A stretch of DNA of 64,000 nucleotides from the NCBI RefSeq assembly GCF_004010195.1, contig NC_057718.1, forward strand, positions 9,286,676 to 9,350,675, written 5' to 3'. The notes under the pieces are model-generated. The model did not search any database, had not been told where the DNA came from, and was given only the letters and a program-made list of their open reading frames with translations. Of the stretch, positions 1 through 11,199 are shown piece by piece. The first letter of the stretch is position 1; every line of letters begins with the position of its first letter. The translations under genes and the position numbers were made by a program. Origin of the DNA: Chiloscyllium plagiosum (Eukaryota).

Positions 1-561
1 CGACCACTAGGACTCATAACAGCACACAAACCAACAGCCATTCTCAGACAAGAACTCACCAGGACGAAGGACTCGATACCCAGCATGAGCAAAACCAATG
101 TAGTGTACAAAATCCCATGCAAGGACTGCACAAAACACTATATAGGACAAACAGGAAGACAGCTAACGGTCCGCATCCATGAACACCAACTAGCCACGAA
201 ATGACACGACCAGCTATCCTTAGTAGCCACACACTCAGATGTCAAGCAACATGAGTTCGACTGAGACAACACTCCTATTATAGGACAAGCCAAACAGAGA
301 ACAGTCAGGGAATTCCTAGAGGCATGGCACTCATCCACAGATTCAATCAATAAGCACATCGACCTGGACCCAATATACCGGCCACTGCAGCGGACAGCTA
401 GATCTGACAACTGGAAGCGGCAGATTCAAACCACTACAAATGCCGGAGGAAAGATCACAGAAGCGCTTCACAGGAGGCTCCCAAGCACTGAGGATGTCAC
501 CTAGACAGGGGACGAAACGTCTGCAACACAAATTCCCAGCTCGGCGAACAGAACCACAACA
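1..561 (+). mobile_element. Penelope-like retroelement (Penelope/Poseidon type) 3' part: decayed GIY-YIG endonuclease plus pLTR
   Basis: Frame +1 reads ...KTNVVYKIPCKDCTKHYIGQTGRQLTVRIHEH...REFLEAWH...SINKHIDLDPIY. In-frame stops at 202-204 and 262-264; terminal TAG at 502-504. A hammerhead motif overlaps the ORF end. Confidence 0.9.
485..524 (+). ncRNA. Minimal type I hammerhead ribozyme (PLE-associated)
   Basis: gca-CTGAGGA-t-[gtc a cct agac agg g gac]-GAAA-cg-TC-tgc. Intact core, stem II, palindromic ACGT stem III, 3-bp stem I gca/tgc. Confidence 0.8.
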
Positions 562-684
562 ATGAAAAGAGAAAGGAAAAAGAAAATGAAGCTTCAATCT
601 CAGAGAAAGCTGGTGACGATTCTCAGCAAAGAATGATCATGTTAACGTCTGGTTAGCACTGCTTTCCCGTATCACAGGAGCTAC

Positions 685-1105
685 AGCGTTATGGCAGTGA
701 AGGAGGCCAGGCGGTCTATCCAGCCCATGCTGGCTCTCCGTAGAACAACTTGTTCAGTCCCACTTCCCCGCTTCCATACCCATAACCCCTCAGGATTGTT
801 TCCCTCAGGTAGCTATGCCATTTCATTTTCAAATTGTCTGTCACCTCTGCTAACATCACCCTCCTGGTCTCTGAGTTCTAGGTCATGACCACTCACCTTT
901 TCCTTACAACACCCCTGCATCTCTTGGCCAAGTTCTTAAATTCTTGTCCCCTTATCCTTGGGTCACCTTCAACCCTGATCTAAACCAGTCGTCATCCTAT
1001 ACACCTCGACCAGATCCTCTCTCCATCTCCTCAGCTTCAAAGCAAACAACTTCAGTTCCTCCCTCACTGCCTTATTCCCTGAGGCCTTGACCCATTCCGT
1101 TAAAT
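685..1105 (-). mobile_element. Highly degraded CR1 LINE 3' fragment
   Basis: Resembles the reverse complement of other CR1 3' ends in the window (gaaggaggcc...cagcccatgctggctct, aaatctct). Confidence 0.45.
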
Positions 1106-1139
1106 CTCTTCCCACCTCCCCCTTTTAAACTGAAATTAA

Positions 1140-2135
1140 AGTTTCCTCTACACTAGACCATTGAACACTCCCAGGACAGGGACTGCATGGACTTAGATAA
1201 AGAGTAAAGCTCTCTCTACACTGCACCATCAAACACTCCCAGGACAGGGACTGCATGGACTTAGATAAAGAGTAAAGCTCTCTCTACACCAGATCATCAA
1301 ACACTCCCAGGACATGGACTGCATGGACTTAGATAAAGTGTAAAGCTCTCTCTACACCGGATCATCAAATACTCCCAGGACAGGGACTGCATGGACTTAG
1401 ATAAAGAGCAAAGCTCGCTCTACACTGGACACTTCCAGGACAGGGACTGCATTGACTTAGATAAAGAGTAAAGCTCTCTCTACACTGGACACTCCCAGGA
1501 CAAGGACAGTACAGGTTTAGGGAGAGAATAAAACCCCCGCTACACTTTTAAAACTGAATGTAAAGCCTTCACCTCACTGTCCTCTAAAAAGAGTCCCTGG
1601 ATAGGGACAGCATGGGTTTAGCTGAAGAATAAAGCTCCCTCTCTTCTTTTAAACTTAAAATAAACTGGGAGTAAAGCTCCCTCTACACTGTCCCCATCAA
1701 ACACTCCCAGGACAAATATAGCACGGAGTTCAATACAGTGTAAAGCTTCCTCTACAGGGAACCGATCAAACATGCTCAGGAAAGGGACAACATAGGGTTA
1801 GATACAGAGTAAAGCTCCCTCTACACTGTCCCCATTAAACAATCCCAAGACAGGGACAGCACAGGGTTAGATACAGTGTAAAGCTCCCTCTACACCGTCC
1901 CCATCAAACACTCCCAAGATAGGGACAGCACAGGGTTAGATACAGTGTAAAGCTCCCTCTACATGTCCCCTACAAACACTCCCAAGATAGGGACAGCACA
2001 GAGTTAGATACAGCGTAAAGCTGACTCTACACTGTCCCCATCAAACACTCCCAAGACAGGGACAGCACAGGGTTAGATATGGAGTAAAGCTCCCTCTACA
2101 CTGTCCCCATCAAACACTCCCAAGACAGGGACAGT
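1140..2135. repeat. Tandem minisatellite/satellite, ~69-bp unit with 68- and 60-bp variants
   Basis: Unit ctacactgtccccatcaaacactcccaggacagggacagcacagggttagatacagagtaaagctccct. ctaca anchors at 1148, 1216, 1284, 1352, 1420, 1480, 1540 and 1683, 1752, 1821, 1890, 1959, 2027, 2096. Confidence 0.95.
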
Positions 2136-2137
2136 GC

Positions 2138-3430
2138 ATGTGTGTGCTTGTGTGTGTGTGGGAGTGTGTGAGTGTTTGTGTGAGTGTGTGTGTGTGAGTG
2201 TTTGTGTGTGTGTTTGTATTTGTGTGTGTGTGTGCGTGCTTGTGTGTGTGTTTGTGTGTGTGAGTGTTTGTGTGTGTGCTTGTGTGTGTGAGTGTGTGCT
2301 TGTGNNNNNNNNNNNNNNNNNNNNNNNNNNNNNNNNNNNNNNNNNNNNNNNNNNNNNNNNNNNNNNNNNNNNNNNNNNNNNNNNNNNNNNNNNNNNNNNN
2401 NNNNNNNNNNNNNNNNNNNNNNNNNNNNNNNNNNNNNNNNNNNNNNNNNNNNNNNNNNNNNNNNNNNNNNNNNNNNNNNNNNNNNNNNNNNNNNNNNNNN
2501 NNNNNNNNNNNNNNNNNNNNNNNNNNNNNNNNNNNNNNNNNNNNNNNNNNNNNNNNNNNNNNNNNNNNNNNNNNNNNNNNNNNNNNNNNNNNNNNNNNNN
2601 NNNNNNNNNNNNNNNNNNNNNNNNNNNNNNNNNNNNNNNNNNNNNNNNNNNNNNNNNNNNNNNNNNNNNNNNNNNNNNNNNNNNNNNNNNNNNNNNNNNN
2701 NNNNNNNNNNNNNNNNNNNNNNNNNNNNNNNNNNNNNNNNNNNNNNNNNNNNNNNNNNNNNNNNNNNNNNNNNNNNNNNNNNNNNNNNNNNNNNNNNNNN
2801 NNNNNNNNNNNNNNNNNNNNNNNNNNNNNNNNNNNNNNNNNNNNNNNNNNNNNNNNNNNNNNNNNNNNNNNNNNNNNNNNNNNNNNNNNNNNNNNNNNNN
2901 NNNNNNNNNNNNNNNNNNNNNNNNNNNNNNNNNNNNNNNNNNNNNNNNNNNNNNNNNNNNNNNNNNNNNNNNNNNNNNNNNNNNNNNNNNNNNNNNNNNN
3001 NNNNNNNNNNNNNNNNNNNNNNNNNNNNNNNNNNNNNNNNNNNNNNNNNNNNNNNNNNNNNNNNNNNNNNNNNNNNNNNNNNNNNNNNNNNNNNNNNNNN
3101 NNNNNNNNNNNNNNNNNNNNNNNNNNNNNNNNNNNNNNNNNNNNNNNNNNNNNNNNNNNNNNNNNNNNNNNNNNNNNNNNNNNNNNNNNNNNNNNNNNNN
3201 NNNNNNNNNNNNNNNNNNNNNNNNNNNNNNNNNNNNNNNNNNNNNNNNNNNNNNNNTGAGTGTATGTGTGTATGTTTGTGTGTATGTGTGTGTGTATGTG
3301 TGTGTGTATGTGTGTGTGTGTGAGAGTGTGTGTGTGTGTTTGTGTTTGTGTGAGTGTTTGTGTGTGTTTGTGTGTGTGAGTATTTGTGTGTAAGCGTGTG
3401 TGTGTGTGAGTGTGTGTGTGTGTGTATGTG
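2138..3430. repeat. Cryptic (TG)n microsatellite spanning an assembly gap
   Basis: TG-rich sequence on both sides of the N run 2305-3256. It accounts for the His/Thr and Cys/Val ORFs. Confidence 0.95.
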
Positions 3431-3940
3431 TTCAAGCTTCTGTATCTTCTGCCTGATGACCGGGGCAGGAGGGGTCTGTGATGACGTTGGCAGCCCTTCC
3501 ATGGCAACGAGACGGGTAAATGGAGTCCATGGATGGGAGGTTGACTTCGCTGATGGTCTGGGCTGTGCACATCACCTTCTGTAGTTTTCTACGGTCCTGG
3601 GCAGAGCAGTTGCCATACCAGGCCGTGATGCACCCTGATTATACAGATGCACCTGCTTTCAATGGTGCATCTTTAAAAGGTGGCGAGGGTCCTTCTGGAG
3701 ATGCTGAACCATCTGATTCTCCTGAGGAAGAAGAGGTGATGTTATGCCTTCTTGACCATTGCATCTACGTGGGAAGTCCAGGACAGGATGTCAGTTAGCG
3801 TCTCTCCGAGGAATGTGACACTCTCTACTCTCTCCACCTCCGCTCTATTGATGTCGATGGGGTATGTTCTCCTCCTTTCTTCCTGAAGTCATTGATCAGT
3901 TCTTTTGCTGACATTGAGAGAGAGATTGTTACCATTGCAC
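3425..3940 (-). mobile_element. Rex1/Babar LINE 3' fragment
   Basis: Minus strand encodes KKA..HLFFLRRIR, CITAWYGNCSAQDRRKLQKV and SGRRYRSL, typical of the Rex1/Babar C-terminus. Confidence 0.75.
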
Positions 3941-4297
3941 TGCAATTCCAAACTCCAGAGGGATAGAGAGTCATCCTCAGTCCTCTTGGATGACCTGAGA
4001 AGAAGTGGAAGATACATAAATGCAAATGTTTGTTGTCTTACTTTCTTTGTCCTTCTGCTTGGTAAATGTCACCTCTTTCGGAGATGCTGTTAAATGATGA
4101 AACTGATGGATATTGGAGTCAACGTTTCAAAGGGGTCTATAGGAATTCAGAAAAACGCCCCCTTGAGGCCAGCTCACACCGTTAACAACCCCTTCTCCCT
4201 TCAGGTGGCAACAACATCAGGCCGATTCCATCGAAATATCCGCAGATTGTTTCTCACCAAATTCGGAGACTGAGCTTTTGACTGATGAATCCATTCT

Positions 4298-4530
4298 GGA
4301 GTCATATATTCACACAGCACGGAAATAGACCCTTTGGCCCAACTCATCCATGCTAACCGGGTTTCCCAAACTGAACTCTCCTATTTGCCTGCATTTAGCC
4401 CATATCCCTCTAAACCCTTCCTACTCATGTACCTGTCCAGACGTCTTTCAAATGTTGTAACAACCATTTCCAATGGCAGCTCATTCCATAGACCCACCAC
4501 CCTCTGTTTGAAGAAGTTATCCCTCAATTC
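4298..4530 (-). mobile_element. CR1 (HER1-like) 3' end fragment
   Basis: Reverse complement of ...gggatatgggc..aaatgcaggc...gggccaaagggtctatttccgtgctg. Confidence 0.8.
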
Positions 4531-4775
4531 CCTTTCCACCAGCTTCTTTGTTTACACTACCAAGAAAAGCAAAGTCATCAGTGCTAACTCTGAATGCTTT
4601 TGAAAGCTGAGAGCCCTTTGTGGAGTGTTGGGTGGTCCATTTTAGTTCCACCAGCCAAAATTATCTGATTAACAGCAATCAGTTGTCTCAAACAGTATGT
4701 GTGCTGTTCAACGAAAGTTCTCAAAGATGAATCCAGCTATGGAGGGATTGACTTCTGAGGAAAGGCTAAACAGGT

Positions 4776-5425
4776 AGAGTAGAGTAGAGTAGAGTAACCT
4801 TTATTTGTTATTTCTACCACATACAACTGATACAGCAAAAACGAGACAGCATTCCTCCAGGACCGAGGGTGCGACATTGACAGCACAAACTACACAATCG
4901 TACATGGCATAAAGTGAATCAGAATTGCAAAACACACAAGTTACGGTGTGATAGAAGAATTATGAATGATAGACATTTTTCTCGCAGCAATACAAACGGA
5001 TTTCAAATGGGAAAGAGTCCCATTATACTATGTTAAGGAGCTTGATGGCTTGGGGGAAGAAACTGTTGCGCAGTCTGGCAGTGAGAGACTGAATGCTCCT
5101 GTATCTTCTGCCAGATGGCAGGAGGGAGAAGAGTTTGAGTGAGGGGTGTGTGCAGTCTTCCACAATGCTGTTAGCCTTTGGGATGCAGCGTGTGGTATCA
5201 ATGTCTGTAATGTTGTAGGGTCTTCTGATCCAAGACGATGCAATTCCCGAACCAGGTAGTGATGCAGCAGCTCAGGGTACTCTCAATGAACCTTCTGTAC
5301 ATTGTGGGAGAGGATGAGGGGGTGGGAGATGGGCTTTCCTCAGCCTGTGCAGGAAGTAGAGACTCTGCTGGGCTTTCTTGGCTATGGGGCTGGTGTTGAG
5401 GGTCCAGGTGAGATTCTCCGTCAGA
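4776..5425 (-). mobile_element. Rex1/Babar LINE 3' fragment with (ACTCT)n tail, nested in a CR1
   Basis: Minus ORF segments KKAQQSLYFLHRLRK, IESTLSCCITTWFGNC and LPSGRRYRS; tail reads gtagagtagagtagag on +. Confidence 0.8.
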
Positions 5426-5429
5426 TGAC

Positions 5430-5830
5430 GCTACTCCCTGGTGTTTGGAAGAATGAGAGGTGATCTCATTGAAACATATCAAATTCTGAAGGGGCTTGAC
5501 AGGGTCAATGCTGAGAGGATGTTTCTCCTCATAGCAGAGTCCAGAATCAGAGGGCGTAGTCTCAGAACAAAGGGGCACCAATTTAAGACTGAGATGAGGA
5601 GGAATGTCTTCTCTCAGAAGGTTGTGAGTCTTTGGACGCCCTTGCCACAGAGGGCTGTGGGGGCAGACTCCTTGTGTATATTTAAAGCTGAGATAGATTC
5701 TTGATCAAGAGTTACAGGGAAAGGGCAGGAAAGTGAACGTGGGGAATGTTGGATCAGCCACAATCCTAGTGAATGATGGAGCAGGCTCAATGGGCTGAAA
5801 GGCCTTCTTCTGTTCCTATTTCTTATGATC
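5430..5830 (+). mobile_element. CR1 LINE 3' fragment
   Basis: ORF 5441-5704 (RMRGDLIETYQILKGLDRV...FSQKVVSLW) followed by a CR1 3' UTR. The upstream piece lies at ~4730-4775. Confidence 0.85.
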
Positions 5831-6419
5831 TTAAACATGACCAGAGATTTTGTTGCCTTCCATTTACCATCCAAAGTCTGTCCATCCAGCGTTTGCTAGA
5901 AATTGGCTTATTGAGCTTCCTACTGGAAGGTCAACTAAGTCATGGAATCACAGAATTATGAAGTGAGCTATTTGGTCCATCATTCCTGGCCCTGTTCCAT
6001 TATAAGAGGCAGCTCTTGCTTTTTTTCCGGTATTACTGCACGCCATTACAATCCAAATAATCATCCAAAGTCTCTCTTGAATGCCTCAATTGAACCTGCC
6101 CCATCACATTTCCATAAAGCCATAAGAAACAGGAACAGGAATCGGCTGTTCGGCCCCTCAAGACTGCCCCAAGCTCTCTCTCTTGGTTGCAGTCCCAGCC
6201 ATGACCACTGCCAAGGGTGGTGCTGGTGAGCCGCTGGGCCCCTCTGATTGTACTTCGAGGGGGCGGGCTGCTGGAGTGAATGGTGGGAAGCCGGTAAAAT
6301 GTTGTCCCAGAGCTGCTGCACCACCTACCACAGTCACTCCTGGCCTCAACAGCAGTGCTCTCTCTCTCAGTACCAGCCTAGAGGAAGGATAACGGGAAGA
6401 AACATTGATGTAATTGAGA

Positions 6420-6860
6420 CCAAAGAGCGTTTCACTTTCCCCGACATGGCCTCAGAACGTCAGAATGCACCTCACCAGAAATTAAACGCTATCAGAAATG
6501 TAGTCACTGTTGCGCTGCCTGAGATACAGCAGCCTGGGAGCACACAGCAAGATCCCACAGGCATCACAACCAGACGATCTGTTTTTAGTGACGTTGGTTG
6601 AGGGGTAAATAATGACCAGGACAACAACAATGACTTTTATTTATATAGCCCATTTGAAGTAGTGGAATGTCCAGAGGACACCCAGGAAAACCTGTCTGCC
6701 TTTTTTTTTAAATAGAGCCATTGGTTCATTCTAGTCTGTCTCAGAGGGCAGCTGGGGCCAGGGTTTAACATTGATCTGACAGGCAGGAAAAAAAATGCAC
6801 TGAGTGCATCAGGCTCCATTATATACTCAAGTCTCTCAAGTGAGCTGTAAACCTTTTGCA
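6420..6860 (-). mobile_element. Ancient DeuSINE (SacSINE1-like) remnant
   Basis: gtagtcactgttg...cacacagcaagatcccaca...tgacgttggttgaggggtaaataatgaccaggaca. Related remnants at ~19310-19510, 22120-22210, 25610-25880, 36930-37030+37715-37930, 50410-50530 and 56780-56990. Confidence 0.6.
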
Positions 6861-6919
6861 CTGTAGGTTTTCGACACCACAGCTGAGAGTCACATTTCTG
6901 ATTTACAGCCCTTAAAGAT

Positions 6920-7285
6920 GAGTGACCTTACAGCGGTTTATAAAATCATTGGGGACATGGATGAGGTGAATAGCCAAGGTCTTTTCCCCAGGGTAGGAGA
7001 GTCCAGAACTACAGGTTTAGAGTGAGAGGGGAAAGATTTAAAATAGACCTAAGGGGCAATGTTTCCACACAGACTGTGATGAGTGTATGGAATGAAGCTG
7101 CCAGAGGAAGTGGTGGAGGCTGGTACAATTACAGCATTTAAAAGCATCTGGATGGGGACATGAATAGGAAGGGTTTTAAGGGATATGGGCCAAATGCTGG
7201 CAAATGGAACTAGATTAATTTAGGATATCTGGTCGGCATGGACACGTTGGACTGAAGGGTCTGTTTCCGTGCTGTATATCTCTAA
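6920..7285 (+). mobile_element. CR1 (HER1-like) 3' fragment
   Basis: gtgacctta...tataaaatcat...tgccagaggaagtggtggaggctggtacaatt...gactgaagggtctgtttccgtgctgta. Confidence 0.9.
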
Positions 7286-7714
7286 GTTGAAGAGGGTTTA
7301 CAGCATGGAGGCAGCTCCATGGTATCTCTTGGTGAGTTCAGTGACTGAGCTGAACCGAGTGTAATGAGCTCCTTTTAAGCACTATGTCCCAGTGAATTGG
7401 TGAACTCACATTGTGGAGGAGCTGGGCTTGGGGCCTCTCTGGGATTAATGAGAAAAAAAAACAATGGCTGGGAATTCTCACCAATGGAGCCCTCTCAGCA
7501 TGTGCTTCCCATAATATAGTCATCAAAGTCTGATGAATTGCTGTCTACTTGTTGTCATGAGAACGCTCTCCCCCCAGCACCTCAGGTATTGAGATTCAGA
7601 AACAAAGCTATTTTAGGTGGAAGCCAGGCATGACATTGTGTAGCACCCTGCACTGTCTGAGCATGGTGCTGTCCATAGCATTGGGTTAGTAAAGGGGGGA
7701 CAGTTGTACAGCTA

Positions 7715-7990
7715 ACTCAGCTCCTATCCAGAGGCCAGGCCAAATCTCCTGGGAGCGTGGGTTCAAAGCCAACATGGCAGATGGTGGAATTTGAATTCAG
7801 TTAGTAACATCTGGAATGTAAAATTAGTCTTTGTAACGGTGGCTGTAACAACTGTAATTGATTGGACTGTTTTAAAAAAAAGCACAGACATCTGGTTCAC
7901 TAATCTCCCTTCACAGGAAATCCGCCATCCTTACTCAGTGTGGCCTCCATGTGGTTTCAGCAATGTGCAATAAACAATGGCCTCCAGAGA
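7715..7990 (+). mobile_element. Older tRNA-derived SINE (second family)
   Basis: B-box-like gggttcaaagcc and body catctggttcactaat...ggaaatccgccatccttac. Copies at ~33690-33830, 42920-43070, 43840-44070, 45150-46050 (-), 61895-62370 (-) and 63820-63930 (-). Confidence 0.6.
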
Positions 7991-8281
7991 TAATCAATAG
8001 ACCATTCGGTCCATCTTAGTTCCACTATCCAGAATGACCTGAATGACAGTAACTAAGGAGCATTCCAAGATTTTGTTGCGCTCTTTATATTCGTTGGGAT
8101 CTATTCAAAAGTTGGCTCGTCCTTGGGTGAGGAGTTTCCTGAAATTGGTCCAAACTTGGCTGTTTTTCTGATTTGAACCGGGGCCTAATAATCTCTTCCA
8201 CACAGCTCACCTCCCTTGATATGCTGGAGAAGGTTGTGCACTCCAAAGACATGTTCTGTGAGACCATCAGGAGCTCTTTGT

Positions 8282-8616
8282 GGGCGGCACGGTGGCACAG
8301 TGGTTAGCACTGCTGCCTCACAGCGCCAGAGACCCGGGTTCAATTCCCGCCTCAGGCGACTCTCTGTGTGGAGTTTGCACATTCTCCCCGTGTCTGCGTG
8401 GGTTTCCTCCGGGTGCTCCGGTTTCCTCCCACAATCCAAAAATGTGCAGGTTAGGTGAATTGACCATGCTAAATTGTCCGTAGTGTTAGGTGAAGAGGTA
8501 AATGTAGGAGTATGGGTCTGGGTGCTATACGCTTCGGCGGGTCGGTGTGGACTTGTTGGGCCGAAGGGCCTGTTTCCACATTGTAAGTAATCTAAGTAAT
8601 CTAATCTAATCTAATC
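8282..8616 (+). mobile_element. HE1-type V-SINE, young full-length copy
   Basis: A box tggcacagtgg 8293-8303, B box ggttcaattcc 8337-8347, V-domain gggtttcctccgggtgctccggtttcctccc, CR1-like 3' end, (aatct)n tail. Confidence 0.9.
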
Positions 8617-9479
8617 TTTGCCCCTTATAGGGTCACCCATGGAGACAAGCTCAGGATTGTAGGTACCAGATGAAGTCTGATTCAAACGTCCCCCGGGAGT
8701 AGATCAGGTGAAGGGTGAGGGAAGACCATGTACCCCATTGGCTGCGGATTTGGAAGAAGGGTTGTTGTGCCAGTGTGGATCAAGTTGATGTTGTGTCTCC
8801 TCATGTTTCCAAAACCTGGCCACCAAACCACCTGAAGGTCCCCATGTCAAACAAAGTCGCACGCAGGCTCCACAAGAAGTGAATCCCACAGCCGGATATC
8901 AGTAACTCATGGCAGGTCCAGAAGCAGCCTGACCAGTTATATAAAGATCCATGATGGTCTTCAGCAATGAGGCAAATGACTGCTGATGAGAACAACAGTA
9001 ATACATCCCTAAGCCAGCTTTCACTTGACTACATTCTTTTAGGTTCCCGCTTCCCAATGGCATACACTATCATTCAGAGTTCTTTGATGTCCCCCTCGCC
9101 CATCCCTACTTTCAGGCTGAAGGTCATAAATCTCATTGGCCAAGTAAAGGTCCAAAGGTATTTCTAAGAGCTCTAGTGCAAAGCCAAAGAGAGGGCCTGA
9201 TGACCTAAAGCCTGACGAAAGGGTGGGTCCTAAGGAACATCTTAATGAAAGCCAGGAGGGCTGGGGTAACGAGTGAGTGGGATTTAGCTCAGGACAGATA
9301 GAGGCAAGTAGGTTTCGGTTGGGCTGAAGTTGACAGAGGTGAAAGGTGAGAGGTCAGCTGCGGAACAGCAGAAAGATTCAGGCTGGAGCTGAGAAAGGCA
9401 TGCAGGAGTAGATCAGCTCTATAAGCACTTGGCACTAAACTCTGGATCTCCCCCCTTAAACTTCTCCACTTCTCTCCCA

Positions 9480-10370
9480 TTGAATGCACTCAAGAGGCAG
9501 CTAGATATAACACTTGGTGCGAATGGGATCAAAGACTATGGGGAGAAAGCAGGATTAGGCTGTTGAGCTGGACATCAGCCACGATTGTGATGAATGGTGG
9601 AGCAGGCTGGAAGGGCTGAATGGCCTCCTCCCACTCCTTTCGTCTATGTTTTGATGTTTCTATATTTTCCTCCATTAGACACTCCTTAAAATCATCCTGT
9701 TTTATCAGATTATTGGTCACCTGACCTAATGGCTCCCTTGGTATTTTGTTTTACAGTGCTCCTGTGAAAAACTTGGGAATGTTTTCTTACATGAAAGGTG
9801 TTATATAAATATACGAACACAAGGATACAATGAATCCAAATAGAAATAGGCATTCAACCCCTGAAACCTATTTGATGAGATCATGGCACTGTGAGCAGTG
9901 TTAGTCCCCTTATTTAAGAAAATATATTATTTCATTGGAGACTGTTCAGAGGAGGTTCACTCGGTTGATCCTTGTGGTATGGAGAGATGGTCTTCTGAAT
10001 AAAGGTTGGGACTTTACTCACTGGGGTTGGTGAGAATGATCTCATTGAAACGTAAGCTGGACAGAGTCAATACTGAGAGGATGATCTCCCTCATGGGAGA
10101 CTCTAGGATCAGAGGGTAGAGTCTCGTAATAAAGAGATATCAATTTAAGGCTGAGATCTTCTCTCAGATCGTTGAGAATCTTTGGAACTCCTTACCTGGA
10201 GGAAACGTCCTTGTGTATGTTTAAGGCTGAGATATATAGATTCTTGATCAGTCAGGGAATCAAATGTAATTGGGAAAGGATGTAAGGAATGTCGGATCAG
10301 CCATGATCCTATTGAATGGTGGAGCAGGCTTGAGGGGCTGAAAGGCCTCCTCCTGTCCTTATTTCTTATG
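9480..10370 (+). mobile_element. Two degraded CR1 3' fragments (~9480-9660 and ~9885-10370)
   Basis: Shared 3' UTR atcagcca.gat...gaatggtggagcaggct.gaagggctgaa.ggcctcctcc. Confidence 0.75.
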
Positions 10371-10667
10371 GACCCTGATCGTGGCACGTCATTCCACTTT
10401 CCTGCCTGCCCTCATAACACCTCGGCTCTCTTGTCGATGACTCTCAGCTTTGATGTATTCATTGGCTCAGCCTCCATCTGTAGAGAATTCCAATTGCAGC
10501 AGAGAGAGATTTTGGGGCCTCAGCTTTGTGGGAGTGAGAATGGAGAAGGTGGTACCACATGCAGTTGGGGGGAGGGGGGTGTGAAGGGAATAGCATGGAT
10601 GGATTGAAGGGGAAGCGAGGTATGTTTAAATGAGCGGCTAAGAAATATTGGTGAGGTGTTTTGAAGT

Positions 10668-10998
10668 ACGGTGGCTCAGTGGTTAGCACTGGTGCCTCAC
10701 AGCACCAGGGACCCGAGTTCAATTCCCACCTCAGGCAACTGTATGTGTCGAGTTTGCACATTCTCCCTGTGTCTGTATGGGTTTCCTCCAGGTGCTCCGA
10801 TTTCCTCCCACAAACCAAAGATGTTCAGGTTAGGTGAACTGGCCATGCTAAATTGTCCATAGTTTCAGGGATGTGTAAGTTAGGTGCATTAGTCAGGGGT
10901 AAAGGTAGGGGAATGGATCTGGATGAGTTACTCTCCAGAGGGTCTGTGTGGACTTGTTGGGCCAAAGGGCCTGTTTCCACAGTGTAGGGATTCTATGA
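10668..10998 (+). mobile_element. HE1-type V-SINE
   Basis: cggtggctcagtggttagcactg...gagttcaattcc...V-domain...gggccaaagggcctgtttccac. Confidence 0.9.
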
Positions 10999-11199
10999 AT
11001 ATGAAGGAAGATGGTTGGAGGTATAAAAGCAGCATGGATGCACTGCTTCTCTGAGGTTCACTCTCTTTAATTAATTTAAGAGAATGAGTTTGCAAACCAT
11101 TTGTTTCCATTCTGACATTGTGGCTGGGCAAAAGTGCTAACATTTGGAGCCTTTTGGAGCTCTGGATACTGCATTACTATGACAAGAATTGGAAATGTT

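Noticed and set aside
1140..2135. CRISPR-like array
   Set aside because: The units are contiguous tandem repeats with no unique spacers, in a eukaryotic context with no cas genes.
2096..3570. Long ORFs of 331-486 aa
   Set aside because: They are artefacts of the N gap and the (TG)n microsatellite.
4205..4273. Candidate exon after an acceptor-like ttctcccttcag
   Set aside because: The translations are short and unrecognisable, and no partner exons are visible.
8282..8350. tRNA gene
   Set aside because: The A and B boxes belong to the tRNA-derived head of an HE1 SINE; there is no full cloverleaf.
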